Positions 34,269 through 43,982 of a stretch of 64,000 nt of DNA are shown here, one piece after another. The notes below the pieces were generated by a model. That model was given only the letters and a program-made list of their open reading frames with translations. It made no database searches and had not been told where the DNA came from. Location of the stretch: NCBI GenBank assembly GCA_963734545.1, contig CAVTHO010000009.1, positions 287,968 through 351,967 of the forward strand, read 5' to 3'. Both the position numbers and the translations under genes were made by a program. Numbering within the stretch: position 1 is the first letter of the stretch; each line of letters begins with the position of its first letter. The stretch is from an uncultured Spirochaetota bacterium (GTDB lineage Bacteria; Spirochaetota; Spirochaetia; SZUA-6; Fen-1364).

Positions 34269-35232
34269 CTATGGTTGGCCTGGCTTCTCAGACAGCCAGG
34301 CAACCTTTTGCACTGACTCATGATCCATTCCGATTATGTCCCTGTAGAGCTCGGGCTTTCGCGCCATGGTATACCGGTAGCCGCCCGACTGCTGGAGTTT
34401 CCCATAGACGCAATTCCCGACGGCGACTTCGTTGTCGAATGATCTGCATTCAGCGATAATGTCGCCGAATGGATCGATTATCATCGAGCATCCATTTCTC
34501 ACCTGGTCATCGTCCATACCTATGGGATTCGTGAAAACTACATAGACCCCATTATCGTACGCTCTTGCCGGCAGCCATTTCATCAGCCATGCCCGGCCTT
34601 TCAATCCATCGAACTCACTCCTGAGCGACGTGGGATCCTTCTCCCTGTTTTCCCACAGTTTTGGCGATACAAATCCCGCGCCCGGCCGCGCCGAGGGAGT
34701 GCCCATTGTCACGTGAGGCATGAAGATGATGTTGGCGCCAAGCAGCGTTGTGGCACGCACATTTTCAATGACATTGTTGTCGTAGCAGACCAGGATTCCA
34801 CATTTCCACCCATTTATGTCAAATACAACATATTCCTGGCCGGCTTTCAAATGCGTGTTTATGAACGGGTGGATCTTGCGATACTTTGCCCTGAGGCCGT
34901 TTCCGTCGACACACACATATGCCTTATAGAGCTCATCCGCCGTGGTCTTTTCAAACAGCCCGGCAAGCACAACAATATTGTTCTGTCGGGCAATTTCAAC
35001 CAGTCTGGCTATGCTTTCTCCCTCTGGTATCAGCTCCGCCAGTTCCAGCATTTGCGATTTGTTCAACTTCATTGCAAACGTGTCAGCCGGTTATCGAGCA
35101 TTCGTGAAATGAAACTACCGCGGCCCCGGATTCGGATGCTTTCCGCGCCAGGCTGTTGATAAGGTCCAGATTGTACTTTTTATCGCCGCTCCTATGTTCA
35201 AATTGCGCCGCCGCGATCCTGAGGTCGTTCAT
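34269..35232 (-). CDS. Carbon-nitrogen hydrolase (nitrilase family), frameshift near 35080
   Basis: N-terminus IAAAQFEH...FHECSITG in the upstream frame, YRKIH and LVCYD downstream (E-K-C triad). Confidence 0.87.
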
Positions 35233-35247
35233 GATGGCTTCCTTGAC

Positions 35248-36099
35248 TCACCGGGCCCCAATCGCGTTGACGGCTGAAAGGACTATTCCTTTGAGGGCTT
35301 CCCTCACGGTCCCGCCGATGTCATGGGCCGGGCCAAACGCAGTTATCGCCAGTGCGACAACATTATAGGAAGAAACTGCCCACGCGAGAAGGCTCTTGAT
35401 CTCTTTTTCCAGCAACCCGCCTGGAGAGGCAAATCTATTGGCGTGGCCGACACCGGCATCCAATACATCCGCATCCAGATGGACATAAAGGTCCCCGGCA
35501 GGCGGCGCAGCCGCCGTCGAGATCTGGCAATCGTCATTTCTAAACTGCTCTGTAGTGACGACCCTGATCCTGCTCGATGCAAGCTGTTTTGCTTCTTCCG
35601 CATCGAGGTCTCTCGTGCCCACAAGAGTGACATGGTCTTCTTTGATGGCAAGATACCGCGAATCATTCGCCGACAGGCTCTTCCAGCATCGCCCGCATGC
35701 GATCGCAAGTGCCATCCCATCCAGGTACCCGCTCTGCGTTGTCTCAGGCGTGTTGAAATCCGCATGAGCATCGAGCCACAGCATGCTCATATCGTCACTG
35801 TGCAATCCTGACAGTGTTCCCGTCGCGGTCAGACAGTTGCCCGCAAGGACAACAGGGAGAGCACCGGATTGTACGGTCTCGGAGATTGCTTTTGACAACA
35901 GCGAGTTCAGCTTGAACGTCGACTGCGTATCGGTGAGCTGTTCGACATCACTGCAGATGATCGTCTTGCTGTCGACAGTGTGTCCGGATTCACTGAGAAG
36001 CCGACCGAGTCCAGAGCCCATCAAGCTTCCAGGGCCTTGTCCATGGCCAACGTTGTATTTGCCCATGTCGTAGGGGACAGAAACAAAGCATACGCGCAT
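35248..36099 (-). CDS. Arginase/ureohydrolase-family protein
   Basis: WLDAHADFNTPET and VHLDADVLD metal-binding motifs. Confidence 0.9.
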   Translation of the reverse strand: MRVCFVSVPYDMGKYNVGHGQGPGSLMGSGLGRLLSESGHTVDSKTIICSDVEQLTDTQSTFKLNSLLSKAISETVQSGALPVVLAGNCLTATGTLSGLHSDDMSMLWLDAHADFNTPETTQSGYLDGMALAIACGRCWKSLSANDSRYLAIKEDHVTLVGTRDLDAEEAKQLASSRIRVVTTEQFRNDDCQISTAAAPPAGDLYVHLDADVLDAGVGHANRFASPGGLLEKEIKSLLAWAVSSYNVVALAITAFGPAHDIGGTVREALKGIVLSAVNAIGAR

Positions 36100-36159
36100 C
36101 TTTTCCCTTATCAGTTTCTACTACCGAACACATGCTTGGTCAATATTGCGTGAAGGACG

Positions 36160-38604
36160 TCACGATAAGATACTGACTTCTCCCGTAAAACCGTCCAGCT
36201 CGACAACTTCACCGTCTTTCAGCCGTTTGGTGGCATCCTGCGTGTAGTAGATGGCGGGTATGCCCATTTCCCGAGCGATTATCCCCGGGTGGTCGAAGGG
36301 GGACCCGGCATCGAACACGAGACCGGCGATGTGCGCAAGGTATGGTTCGATATTGCAGTGGCCCTCTTCGAAGACCAGGATGCTCTTCTCCTCCAGGGTG
36401 AAGGTGGGGCTTTTCGGCATGCGCACCTTTCCCCGCACCTTTTTTTGCAGCCCCGAGACACCCTTCAAGACCGTCATGGGTTGGAGCTGCGGTTCTTCCG
36501 ATTTCTCTGCATGCTGAGGAGGCTTCCCGATGAACGTCGGCGGCTTCATTCTCTTTTGATCCTGGAAGATCGATCTTCGTTTTTCGATCTCCTGGCGAGA
36601 AACACCGCCCGCTCCGTTGAGAAGAGCTTTCAGCTCGTCGAGCTGCAGGAAGAAGATGTCGCCCGGCCTGCCGAGAAGGCCATGTGCCGACAGCCATCGA
36701 TCCGCCCTCTCCAGGGCGATATTCAGGTACGCATGCTGCATGAGGTCGATGTAATAGGCGTGATCATCGCTTACCAGGAACGCTTTCTCGGCCAGATCCA
36801 GCATACTCCGAAACTCCTTTTTTTCAGGTTCGGTCAACCGGGCGAGGATCTCAGCGGCCAGCCGCTCCTTGTTTTCGAGGGTCTTGTTCAAACGCTCCTC
36901 GTATTGCCCGATGTCCCGCCCAAGAGAGGACCGTACCCACCCCAGCACCACGCTCGGAAGGTTTTTCAGCAGAGGTGGAAATGTGAAATCCCTCAGGGGA
37001 TCGATGCTGATCAGGCCGAACTCCTCCAGGTATCGTTCGATTTCCCGCAGGAGGACCTTTCCTTCCTCGGACCTGGATAGTTTGGGATACAGCACCTCAT
37101 CGTAGGGATGATCCTTGAACAGCGCCTTCAGCTCATGCGTCCCATTGACCAGCCCGGCCATTTTCATGATCAATTCCCGGCTGCGCGCAAGGCGGCTCTG
37201 TCGAAATATCAGGTCGAAGTAGTCGGGAACGGAAAGCGCACCGATCTTGCTGTCGAAGTACTCCTTCAGCGTGTATCGAAAATCCGGCGTCCTGCTGTCG
37301 ACGGGTGCTCGCCCCCAGACTGCCTGCCAGTGAAGGGACTTGCTCAGGCACAGGAAGTCGAGGCTGTCTTCGATGAAGCGCATGAGCTCTGGAGGACTGC
37401 GGGCAGTCCGGACTTGCGCCTCCAGCCTTTCCCGAGACTCATTCAGGCGGGCCAGGACGAAGTCCTGAAAGACATTCCGGCCTTCCTTGAACAGCCCCAT
37501 CATCTTTTCGAGAAAAGCTGCACTTTTCTTCTCAGCTTCGTGCATCTCCTTCGGCCTGTAGTAGATGTATCCGTTCTGGAGAATGATCTCCATGTAGTAC
37601 TGAGACAACCCTGTGGTGTCGGCCCCCTGGTTATTCCCTTCATTCGCCAGGAGAACAATCTCCCGCTGAAGAGGCGTGAGACAGTATTGGAGGTCGTCCA
37701 GCCTCCACGTATACAAACAGTCGGCATCGTCCGTCCAGACTACCGGAAAGCGAGACTCACGGAATGTGGTGATCGGCCGCGACTGCAGGATATAGAGCTG
37801 ACTACCCCGTATCGTCCACTCGATGTCCTGATAAGCGTGGAACAAATGCTCGATCTCCGTCCCCGCTTTCTTCAACGTTCCCAGGACCTGCTCGCTCATT
37901 CGCGGAGCTTTGTCGGGAACAATGAATTGAGTGAGCGTGCCGCTTGACTTGTCCAGCCTGAAGAGAGACGCGGGCTTTCCCCCCCGCACATAGTCTGCGC
38001 AGATACCCTCCACGGCGTTGATCACCATCACCTCTGAATTCATCTCCACGGTATCTGCCGTAAAGAGAACTCCGGAAGGCCTGCCATTCATAAATGGTTG
38101 TACCACTACCCCCATCCTGAGGCTTTCCAGGGTAAGCCCATTTCGCACGATGTGCGCGAGCGCGCGGTCGTGATACATCGATGCATAGCATTTTCGAACA
38201 GCCCGCAACAAGTCGGCCCGGGAAGCGACGTCGATATACGACTGGAAGACTCCGGCCATGCTGTGCCACTCGCCGTCCTCACAGACAGCCGAGGAACGGA
38301 CAGCAAGCAGCCTTTCCGGGCTGAGTGGAATCAGCTCTTCATACACGCGTCCAAGCGATCTTTCCATTTCCGGAGGAATGGCGCACTCCAGAAGGAATTC
38401 GATGATCTCATCGTTCTTTTCCAGGTATTCCTCGTGTGTGAACGGAAATTGGTTGAACGAAAGAATGTGCTCGTAATCCTCGACTGACAGGGCGTATCCT
38501 GGCAGAATGGAAATCCCGGCACGCGTCATCTCTCCCAGCGCTGCTGCCTTGCTGCCGAACAGCAAAGCATGGTCTCGCTTCACATCTCCCAGGTGAGTAA
38601 TCAT
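36160..38604 (-). CDS. PEP-synthase-like / rifamycin-phosphotransferase-like enzyme
   Basis: N-terminal ATP-grasp (GSKAAALG, AVRSSA..ED..SMAG, QDIEW, ILQSRPIT), long helical middle, C-terminal swivel His domain (SPFDHPGIIAREMGIPAI, ELDGFTGEV). Confidence 0.85.
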   Translation of the reverse strand: MITHLGDVKRDHALLFGSKAAALGEMTRAGISILPGYALSVEDYEHILSFNQFPFTHEEYLEKNDEIIEFLLECAIPPEMERSLGRVYEELIPLSPERLLAVRSSAVCEDGEWHSMAGVFQSYIDVASRADLLRAVRKCYASMYHDRALAHIVRNGLTLESLRMGVVVQPFMNGRPSGVLFTADTVEMNSEVMVINAVEGICADYVRGGKPASLFRLDKSSGTLTQFIVPDKAPRMSEQVLGTLKKAGTEIEHLFHAYQDIEWTIRGSQLYILQSRPITTFRESRFPVVWTDDADCLYTWRLDDLQYCLTPLQREIVLLANEGNNQGADTTGLSQYYMEIILQNGYIYYRPKEMHEAEKKSAAFLEKMMGLFKEGRNVFQDFVLARLNESRERLEAQVRTARSPPELMRFIEDSLDFLCLSKSLHWQAVWGRAPVDSRTPDFRYTLKEYFDSKIGALSVPDYFDLIFRQSRLARSRELIMKMAGLVNGTHELKALFKDHPYDEVLYPKLSRSEEGKVLLREIERYLEEFGLISIDPLRDFTFPPLLKNLPSVVLGWVRSSLGRDIGQYEERLNKTLENKERLAAEILARLTEPEKKEFRSMLDLAEKAFLVSDDHAYYIDLMQHAYLNIALERADRWLSAHGLLGRPGDIFFLQLDELKALLNGAGGVSRQEIEKRRSIFQDQKRMKPPTFIGKPPQHAEKSEEPQLQPMTVLKGVSGLQKKVRGKVRMPKSPTFTLEEKSILVFEEGHCNIEPYLAHIAGLVFDAGSPFDHPGIIAREMGIPAIYYTQDATKRLKDGEVVELDGFTGEVSILS

Positions 38605-38619
38605 TTTGAATTCATCGTC

Positions 38620-39546
38620 CTATCTTCTTCGATAGACGTCGGTGCTTAGATACTTGAGGCCAGAGTCTGCCATGAGCGTGACCACCCTGGCGCCTGGTCC
38701 CAACTGCTCCGCGACTCGAATCGCGGCTACGATGTTCGCGCCGGAAGACGTCCCCGCAAAGAGCGCCTCCTCCCGCGCGATACGCCTCGCCATGTCCTTC
38801 GCATCTTCTGTTTTTGCCGGCAGGATATCGTCTACAAGCGTCGGCTCCCAGAGTGGAGGAGTGTAGCCGATCCCAACGCCTTCGATCTTGTGGGGGCCGG
38901 CCTGCCCTCCCCGCAACACGGAGGATTCCGCGGGCTCGATGGCAATGATCCTGATGCTCGGTTTGTGTCGTTTCAGCACGGTGGCGACTCCACGCAAAGA
39001 AGCCCCCGTACCCACGCAGTGAACGAAGGCGTCTATCTCCCCTTTCGTTTGGCTCCAGATCTCCTCGCCCAGCGAGTAGTAGCCCGCGATGCTGTCATGG
39101 TTGTTGAGCTGGTCTGTCCAGCAGGTGTGAGGCTCCTTGCTCAGCATACGGGCAGCTTCGACCATGTCCAGGATCAGCTTCTTGGTAGTAAGGCCTCCTT
39201 CGCTCGGGACGAGCGTGAGCCCGGCACCGAGCGCCGCCATGTGGTCCAGCTTTTCCTGGCTGAACGCATCCGAGCTGACGATCCGGAGACGATAGCCCTT
39301 GGCGGCGCAGACCAATGCAAGGGATGTCCCTGTGCTGCCGCCGGTGTACTCGAGGACCGTGTCACCAGGCCTCAGCCGACCATCCTCCTCCGCTCGGGAA
39401 ATCACCGCCCGGGCCATCCTGTCCTTGAGGCTTCCGGTGGGATTCTCCCACTCGAGCTTCACCAGGATGTCCGCACAACCGGGCGGAACGACCTTCTCGA
39501 GTCGAGCTATCGATGTGCCGCCAATGGCATTGAGAATCTCTGGCAC
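38620..39546 (-). CDS. Cysteine synthase family PLP enzyme
   Basis: KLEWENPTGSLKDRMA, VGTGA, HKIEGVG and GTSSGAN motifs. Confidence 0.9.
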   Translation of the reverse strand: MPEILNAIGGTSIARLEKVVPPGCADILVKLEWENPTGSLKDRMARAVISRAEEDGRLRPGDTVLEYTGGSTGTSLALVCAAKGYRLRIVSSDAFSQEKLDHMAALGAGLTLVPSEGGLTTKKLILDMVEAARMLSKEPHTCWTDQLNNHDSIAGYYSLGEEIWSQTKGEIDAFVHCVGTGASLRGVATVLKRHKPSIRIIAIEPAESSVLRGGQAGPHKIEGVGIGYTPPLWEPTLVDDILPAKTEDAKDMARRIAREEALFAGTSSGANIVAAIRVAEQLGPGARVVTLMADSGLKYLSTDVYRRR

Positions 39547-39548
39547 TG

Positions 39549-40307
39549 TTATGAGTCCTGCTTTTCCGCGATATAGAAAACGTATCCATAATACTCTGAA
39601 TAGCGCCGGTGGAGCTCCATTTCCTTTTCTTCAATCTCTAGTACCTCCAGGGCTTCGGCGTCATCCTGATGCCTGACTCTGAGAGTCGGCAGCTTCTTCA
39701 TTATGGGATTGTAGTATTCCCTCCACCAATCCTCTTTTGGAAGGGTGAAATGATGCAGCAGATGATAACCCGTGCTTTCTACCTTCCTCATGTTTTCTTC
39801 AACTGAGGTTATCGCAGGGTATGCCTCATTCCAGAACTGCCTCAGCACGTCCGGTATGTCCGGCCTGAGCCATGAAATCTCTGTGAAGGCAATTGCTCCT
39901 TTGCTCCTGAGGAGCGGCCTCCACAGTTTGAGCCCCACCTCGACTCCGATGCAGTAGATTGATCCTTCCGCCCATACGATGTCAAAGGAATCAGCTTTGA
40001 ATGGCAGCCTGGACATGTCGGCGAATGTTGGATGGATGATTTCCGACAGCCCTTTCCTCATGACATTTCGAGTAAGCTCGTCTATGTACGGGGCATGATT
40101 GTCCACTGCGACTACTTCACCGTGACTGATTGATGCCAGGCATAGAGTCTGCGCCCCTGGCCCGCAGCCGACATCGAGGATCCTTGGATGAGAAAACCTT
40201 TTTTCAAGGCAGGAGAATGCCTTCTTTGTCGATTTTGAGCTTCCCGGTCCTTCACGAGGCAAATCACGGTGCACTTCAAAGAACACTTCCATTTGTTTGT
40301 CTGTCAT
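39549..40307 (-). CDS. Class I SAM-dependent methyltransferase
   Basis: LPREGPGS, ILDVGCGPG and FDIVWAEGSIY motifs. Confidence 0.9.
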   Translation of the reverse strand: MTDKQMEVFFEVHRDLPREGPGSSKSTKKAFSCLEKRFSHPRILDVGCGPGAQTLCLASISHGEVVAVDNHAPYIDELTRNVMRKGLSEIIHPTFADMSRLPFKADSFDIVWAEGSIYCIGVEVGLKLWRPLLRSKGAIAFTEISWLRPDIPDVLRQFWNEAYPAITSVEENMRKVESTGYHLLHHFTLPKEDWWREYYNPIMKKLPTLRVRHQDDAEALEVLEIEEKEMELHRRYSEYYGYVFYIAEKQDS

Positions 40308-40332
40308 ACCTGCAGCCTCTCTCTGTGAGCCC

Positions 40333-41541
40333 TTACAGCGACCGTACCAGGGCGTTCAACGACTCTGCAACTTCAACAAGCTTTTGGCAGTCAATGAGGT
40401 CAGGGGTGTCCGTGGCTGTATGAGTCACAGTCCTCATCAGTTCGGCCGCGTATTCGGACGAGAAAGCCGCGGATGGAACCCGGCTCTGCACAAACATCAT
40501 GTGGTCCCCATTGAACCACTGTTCGCCTGCAACCAGGCCGTCAAAGCACATGAGAACTTCTTCCGCTTTCTTCACGAGCTGCGGGGAGCATTCATAGAAT
40601 GAGTATGACGACTTCCCGCGCTTGTAGCCGACGCCATCGATATTCACGGCAAGCACGATACCCGGGAGCTCACTCCCATACCGCCGCAGGTAGTCCATCT
40701 GGCCGCCTGCGCTGTAATGGTCTTCACCGTTGAGAGCCGCGATCTCGATGCAGTTCTTTCCTCCATAATCGGACAGCATTTCGGCGCAAAGAAGCAAGAC
40801 CCCTGTGCCGGAGGCATTGTCTGAAGCGCCGGGAGAGCCTTCGTAGGCATCGATGTGCGCGGTGATGACGATCTTCCTTGTCGCTCCCGGATTCAACCTG
40901 GCAATGACGTTTGCTGCACTCGACGGAATCCTGTGTGCGTCTATCCTCAAATGAAACGCCAAATCGCTTTTAGCCGCCAGCGCATCTCCCACAGTATCCC
41001 GACAATAGACACTTGGGATATCGAAATCTCCGTCTGCAATCAATGGAAACGGGTCCAACGCCCCTACCTGTCCCGGATTCTTCTTCGTGGCTGTGATTAT
41101 CGCCTCCGGCTTGCGGCTCTCCAACAGGGCGATTATCTTCTGGTGGTGCTCCGGATTGTAGAAGACAAATTTCTTTGGCATCAACTGCTCGGAGCAGATA
41201 GCGTCTCTCATGAGCAGGATCTTGCCCTTGCAGCTTGCACTTTCCAGCTCCTCAACTGTCGAGACGCAGATCAGGTCAGCCACGACATCGCATTCCGGAG
41301 AATAGGGACTATTATGGATTTCGAAAGTTTCTTCTCCATGTTCCAATACTGCACCGTGGCAGATGTAGTCGAGACACTTGAAAGGAACGGCTTCAGTCCT
41401 GTATCCATACAGACGGACTGTGTCTGCAAAGAAGCCGGTGGCTTTCTGGTTTCCCGGAGAGCCAGTTCGCCTGTTTGGCTTCACACCGCACAAAACCTTC
41501 AGGTAGGACTGCGCATTTGCGGCATAGTCGTTTTGTTTCAT
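40333..41541 (-). CDS. M28-family peptidase with PA-like insert
   Basis: AHID...PGASDNASG, NGED, NIDG and DHMMF motifs. Confidence 0.85.
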   Translation of the reverse strand: MKQNDYAANAQSYLKVLCGVKPNRRTGSPGNQKATGFFADTVRLYGYRTEAVPFKCLDYICHGAVLEHGEETFEIHNSPYSPECDVVADLICVSTVEELESASCKGKILLMRDAICSEQLMPKKFVFYNPEHHQKIIALLESRKPEAIITATKKNPGQVGALDPFPLIADGDFDIPSVYCRDTVGDALAAKSDLAFHLRIDAHRIPSSAANVIARLNPGATRKIVITAHIDAYEGSPGASDNASGTGVLLLCAEMLSDYGGKNCIEIAALNGEDHYSAGGQMDYLRRYGSELPGIVLAVNIDGVGYKRGKSSYSFYECSPQLVKKAEEVLMCFDGLVAGEQWFNGDHMMFVQSRVPSAAFSSEYAAELMRTVTHTATDTPDLIDCQKLVEVAESLNALVRSL

Positions 41542-41590
41542 AGACTACCGACAACCTTTCCACCGACCATCTAGTCCAGCCCCGGGCCAG

Positions 41591-42820
41591 TCAGATGTCT
41601 TTGCTGACTATATATTCAATTATTGTTTCCAATACAGCCTCTACGGCTTTGGATTCAATCCGGTCGACCGTGTCTTTTGCAGTATGATACCAACTACTTC
41701 TACTGAGCAAACCAGTTGGCAATCCTATTATTGAAGTTGCGTCTATTCCGGCAACTGCGAAAGCTGCCGCATCCGTTCCTCCACCGCCAAAAGGGATTGG
41801 CATCTTTCGCAGACAATAGCCCTTCTTGCCGGCTGCTTTCTTTAGCTCCTCGGCCATTCTACCTGATAGCTTCGTCGTGAAGTTGCGATCTCTGGTGCAT
41901 ATCCTGAGGTCTTTCACGCTGTATATGCTGTCAAGGTTGACTACATAAGTAGGAATTGCGCGCAACTCGATCTTGTGACGGCGAACGTATTCGATCGCCC
42001 CACGCTGCCCAATTTCCTCTCCATCGGTAGTGAGACAGATCAACCGTGTCTGCTGCAGCGACCTGTGGTCCTTTCTTTCCTTTTGAAAATGCCTCATTAC
42101 GGCAGCGGCCAGGAAAGTCGAGTTGAGATTATCGCCCGCCCCCGGCGACGGCGTATTCGTCACCATGAAGAATAACGGCAGCACAAACAACATGCCTGCC
42201 GCGACAATCCAGAATTGAGGGCCTTCGAGGTGTGTTGCGGAGCCTCCAAACGCCTGCTGGAAACTTGCCGAGATTGTTGCAAACACTAGATAGAGGTAGA
42301 ATCCGACTCCCAAGAAGAGCCTTAAGAGGGCAACTTGCTGCCAGTGTGAGAGAAAGCTGAAAATGTATGGGCTGTCATGATGCCCGACAATGATGATCTG
42401 TTGCCTTGCCTCGCCGGATGGATCAAGCTTTCCGGCAACGTTTCTTCCTTCCGCACTCGGAAAGAATCCGTCAAACAACTCTGCACAAACAACATACTGG
42501 CTGAAGGCATATACGGTCCCCATGACCGATATGAGCCCCGCTGCATAGACACCAGCGCCACCAAGGAACCACAAAATGCCTGCCAGGACATATGAAATTG
42601 AGACTGCCTTGCCTACGCACCAAAGGGCTCTTGGGCGCAGCGTGAATGTCTCCTCGGAAACATCATCACACGTTTCGCGCAGCACGCTGGCTATCTTTTG
42701 ACTGGCCAAACGGCAGGGCTCGGTCCCTGCAATACGCAGCTTATGCAGCACCATGAGGGATTCAGTGCCTCTGAGGCACGCCGCAGCCAGCTCAGAAATG
42801 TATTCCCTGCTTTTGCTCAT
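41591..42820 (-). CDS. Membrane-bound M28-family peptidase
   Basis: GHHDS, PGAGDN, GEEIG, GTDA and YHT..D motifs, with TM segments. Confidence 0.82.
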   Translation of the reverse strand: MSKSREYISELAAACLRGTESLMVLHKLRIAGTEPCRLASQKIASVLRETCDDVSEETFTLRPRALWCVGKAVSISYVLAGILWFLGGAGVYAAGLISVMGTVYAFSQYVVCAELFDGFFPSAEGRNVAGKLDPSGEARQQIIIVGHHDSPYIFSFLSHWQQVALLRLFLGVGFYLYLVFATISASFQQAFGGSATHLEGPQFWIVAAGMLFVLPLFFMVTNTPSPGAGDNLNSTFLAAAVMRHFQKERKDHRSLQQTRLICLTTDGEEIGQRGAIEYVRRHKIELRAIPTYVVNLDSIYSVKDLRICTRDRNFTTKLSGRMAEELKKAAGKKGYCLRKMPIPFGGGGTDAAAFAVAGIDATSIIGLPTGLLSRSSWYHTAKDTVDRIESKAVEAVLETIIEYIVSKDI

Positions 42821-42866
42821 GCGACTTTATCTCTGCCGAGCCATAGCTGACGCGGCTCTTTTCCGA

Positions 42867-43460
42867 CTACTTGGAGTTCAAGCTGTAGAAGCCAATCCTG
42901 AATCCTTTTGACTTGTTTAGCCTGGCTTCAAGCATTTCAGTCCATATCTCCTTTTGCGCAATATGCATTCCCACAACAATAAAGGTGAACGTTATTTTGT
43001 CATATGTGGCAACAAAGTAGTTTCCTACAACAAGCTGATTCTCACCTGTGATGTCATAGAGCTTTGATCGAGATCCGAAGGAAAAGATATCAGGTTTTTC
43101 AACCAGCTTGATGCCGCGAGCTTGAAAAATGGCGCCAGATACTCCCCTTTGAATGAATTCATTAATCAGGACGTCCGAGCTCTTGTTTTCAAAAGAATAT
43201 GATTCACTCAAATAGCGTACATCGGACGAGATGTTGTCTGGAGGATTGTATTCATATTCGAGCTCAAAGGTGCTGTCATAATACATCTTTTTGGCATACT
43301 TCTCGTATTCTGCATAACCATCGGGAATACTCATCCCGTAATCAACCATCGCCGACACAGGTACAAATATCTGCTTTTCGTCAGTCGCCACTGTCTGGCG
43401 AACACATGAACACAAAAGAACGCACATGGTCACTAGTAGCGCAGTCAGCTTGTGATTCAT
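42867..43460 (-). CDS. Hypothetical lipoprotein
   Basis: 197-aa ORF with a LCSC lipobox. Confidence 0.7.
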   Translation of the reverse strand: MNHKLTALLVTMCVLLCSCVRQTVATDEKQIFVPVSAMVDYGMSIPDGYAEYEKYAKKMYYDSTFELEYEYNPPDNISSDVRYLSESYSFENKSSDVLINEFIQRGVSGAIFQARGIKLVEKPDIFSFGSRSKLYDITGENQLVVGNYFVATYDKITFTFIVVGMHIAQKEIWTEMLEARLNKSKGFRIGFYSLNSK

Positions 43461-43494
43461 GAACTCGTCATCGCCGCCTTCTTGCAGGCTGGAT

Positions 43495-43881
43495 CTACAT
43501 CCTTTGTAGTATGTACTTTCGATATCCCACGCCCGTCGGACTGAAAACCAAATGACACGAACACGATTTCATCAATATCCATATTGAAAGATTTGTGGGG
43601 ACCGATCCTTCCTCTATTGTAACAAGCAGGTTTCTGCCCAATACCCGGAATACCAATGAAACCCTGGGAACCATGCCCTCTGGGCTCTTCAGGGAATATT
43701 CTTCGCCTTCTCCCAATAATTCAAGCGAATTGATGCCTTCCTTGAAAAGTGTGCTGAAATCGTCTGGAAGCTCAATCAAGACAGCATCGGACCTTACGAC
43801 GATCTTCGTCGGCTCCCTTGCCCAGTTTTCAACGATAAGTGTTTCTGAATGTCCTCTTGCACGGGTTGTCCGCGGCTTCAT
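43495..43881 (-). CDS. Hypothetical protein (possibly a fragment)
   Basis: 128-aa ORF with a GGAG RBS on the same strand as its neighbours, no recognised motif. Confidence 0.5.
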   Translation of the reverse strand: MKPRTTRARGHSETLIVENWAREPTKIVVRSDAVLIELPDDFSTLFKEGINSLELLGEGEEYSLKSPEGMVPRVSLVFRVLGRNLLVTIEEGSVPTNLSIWILMKSCSCHLVFSPTGVGYRKYILQRM

Positions 43882-43982
43882 GATTCACTCCGCACTGATT
43901 CTGGTAGCATGCGGGAAAGAAGTCAATGGTCAGTCGCCGATCAAAGATCCACATCGACAATCAAGCAACGCCGCCATATCAT

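Noticed and set aside
41545-42866. Possible attC second-half remnants (GCTGGAC-TAGAT-GGTCGGT at ~41562-41580 and GTCAGC-TATG-GCTCGGC at ~42835-42851, minus strand)
   Set aside because: Too degenerate to tell from chance by eye, with no matching cassette-end partner found.
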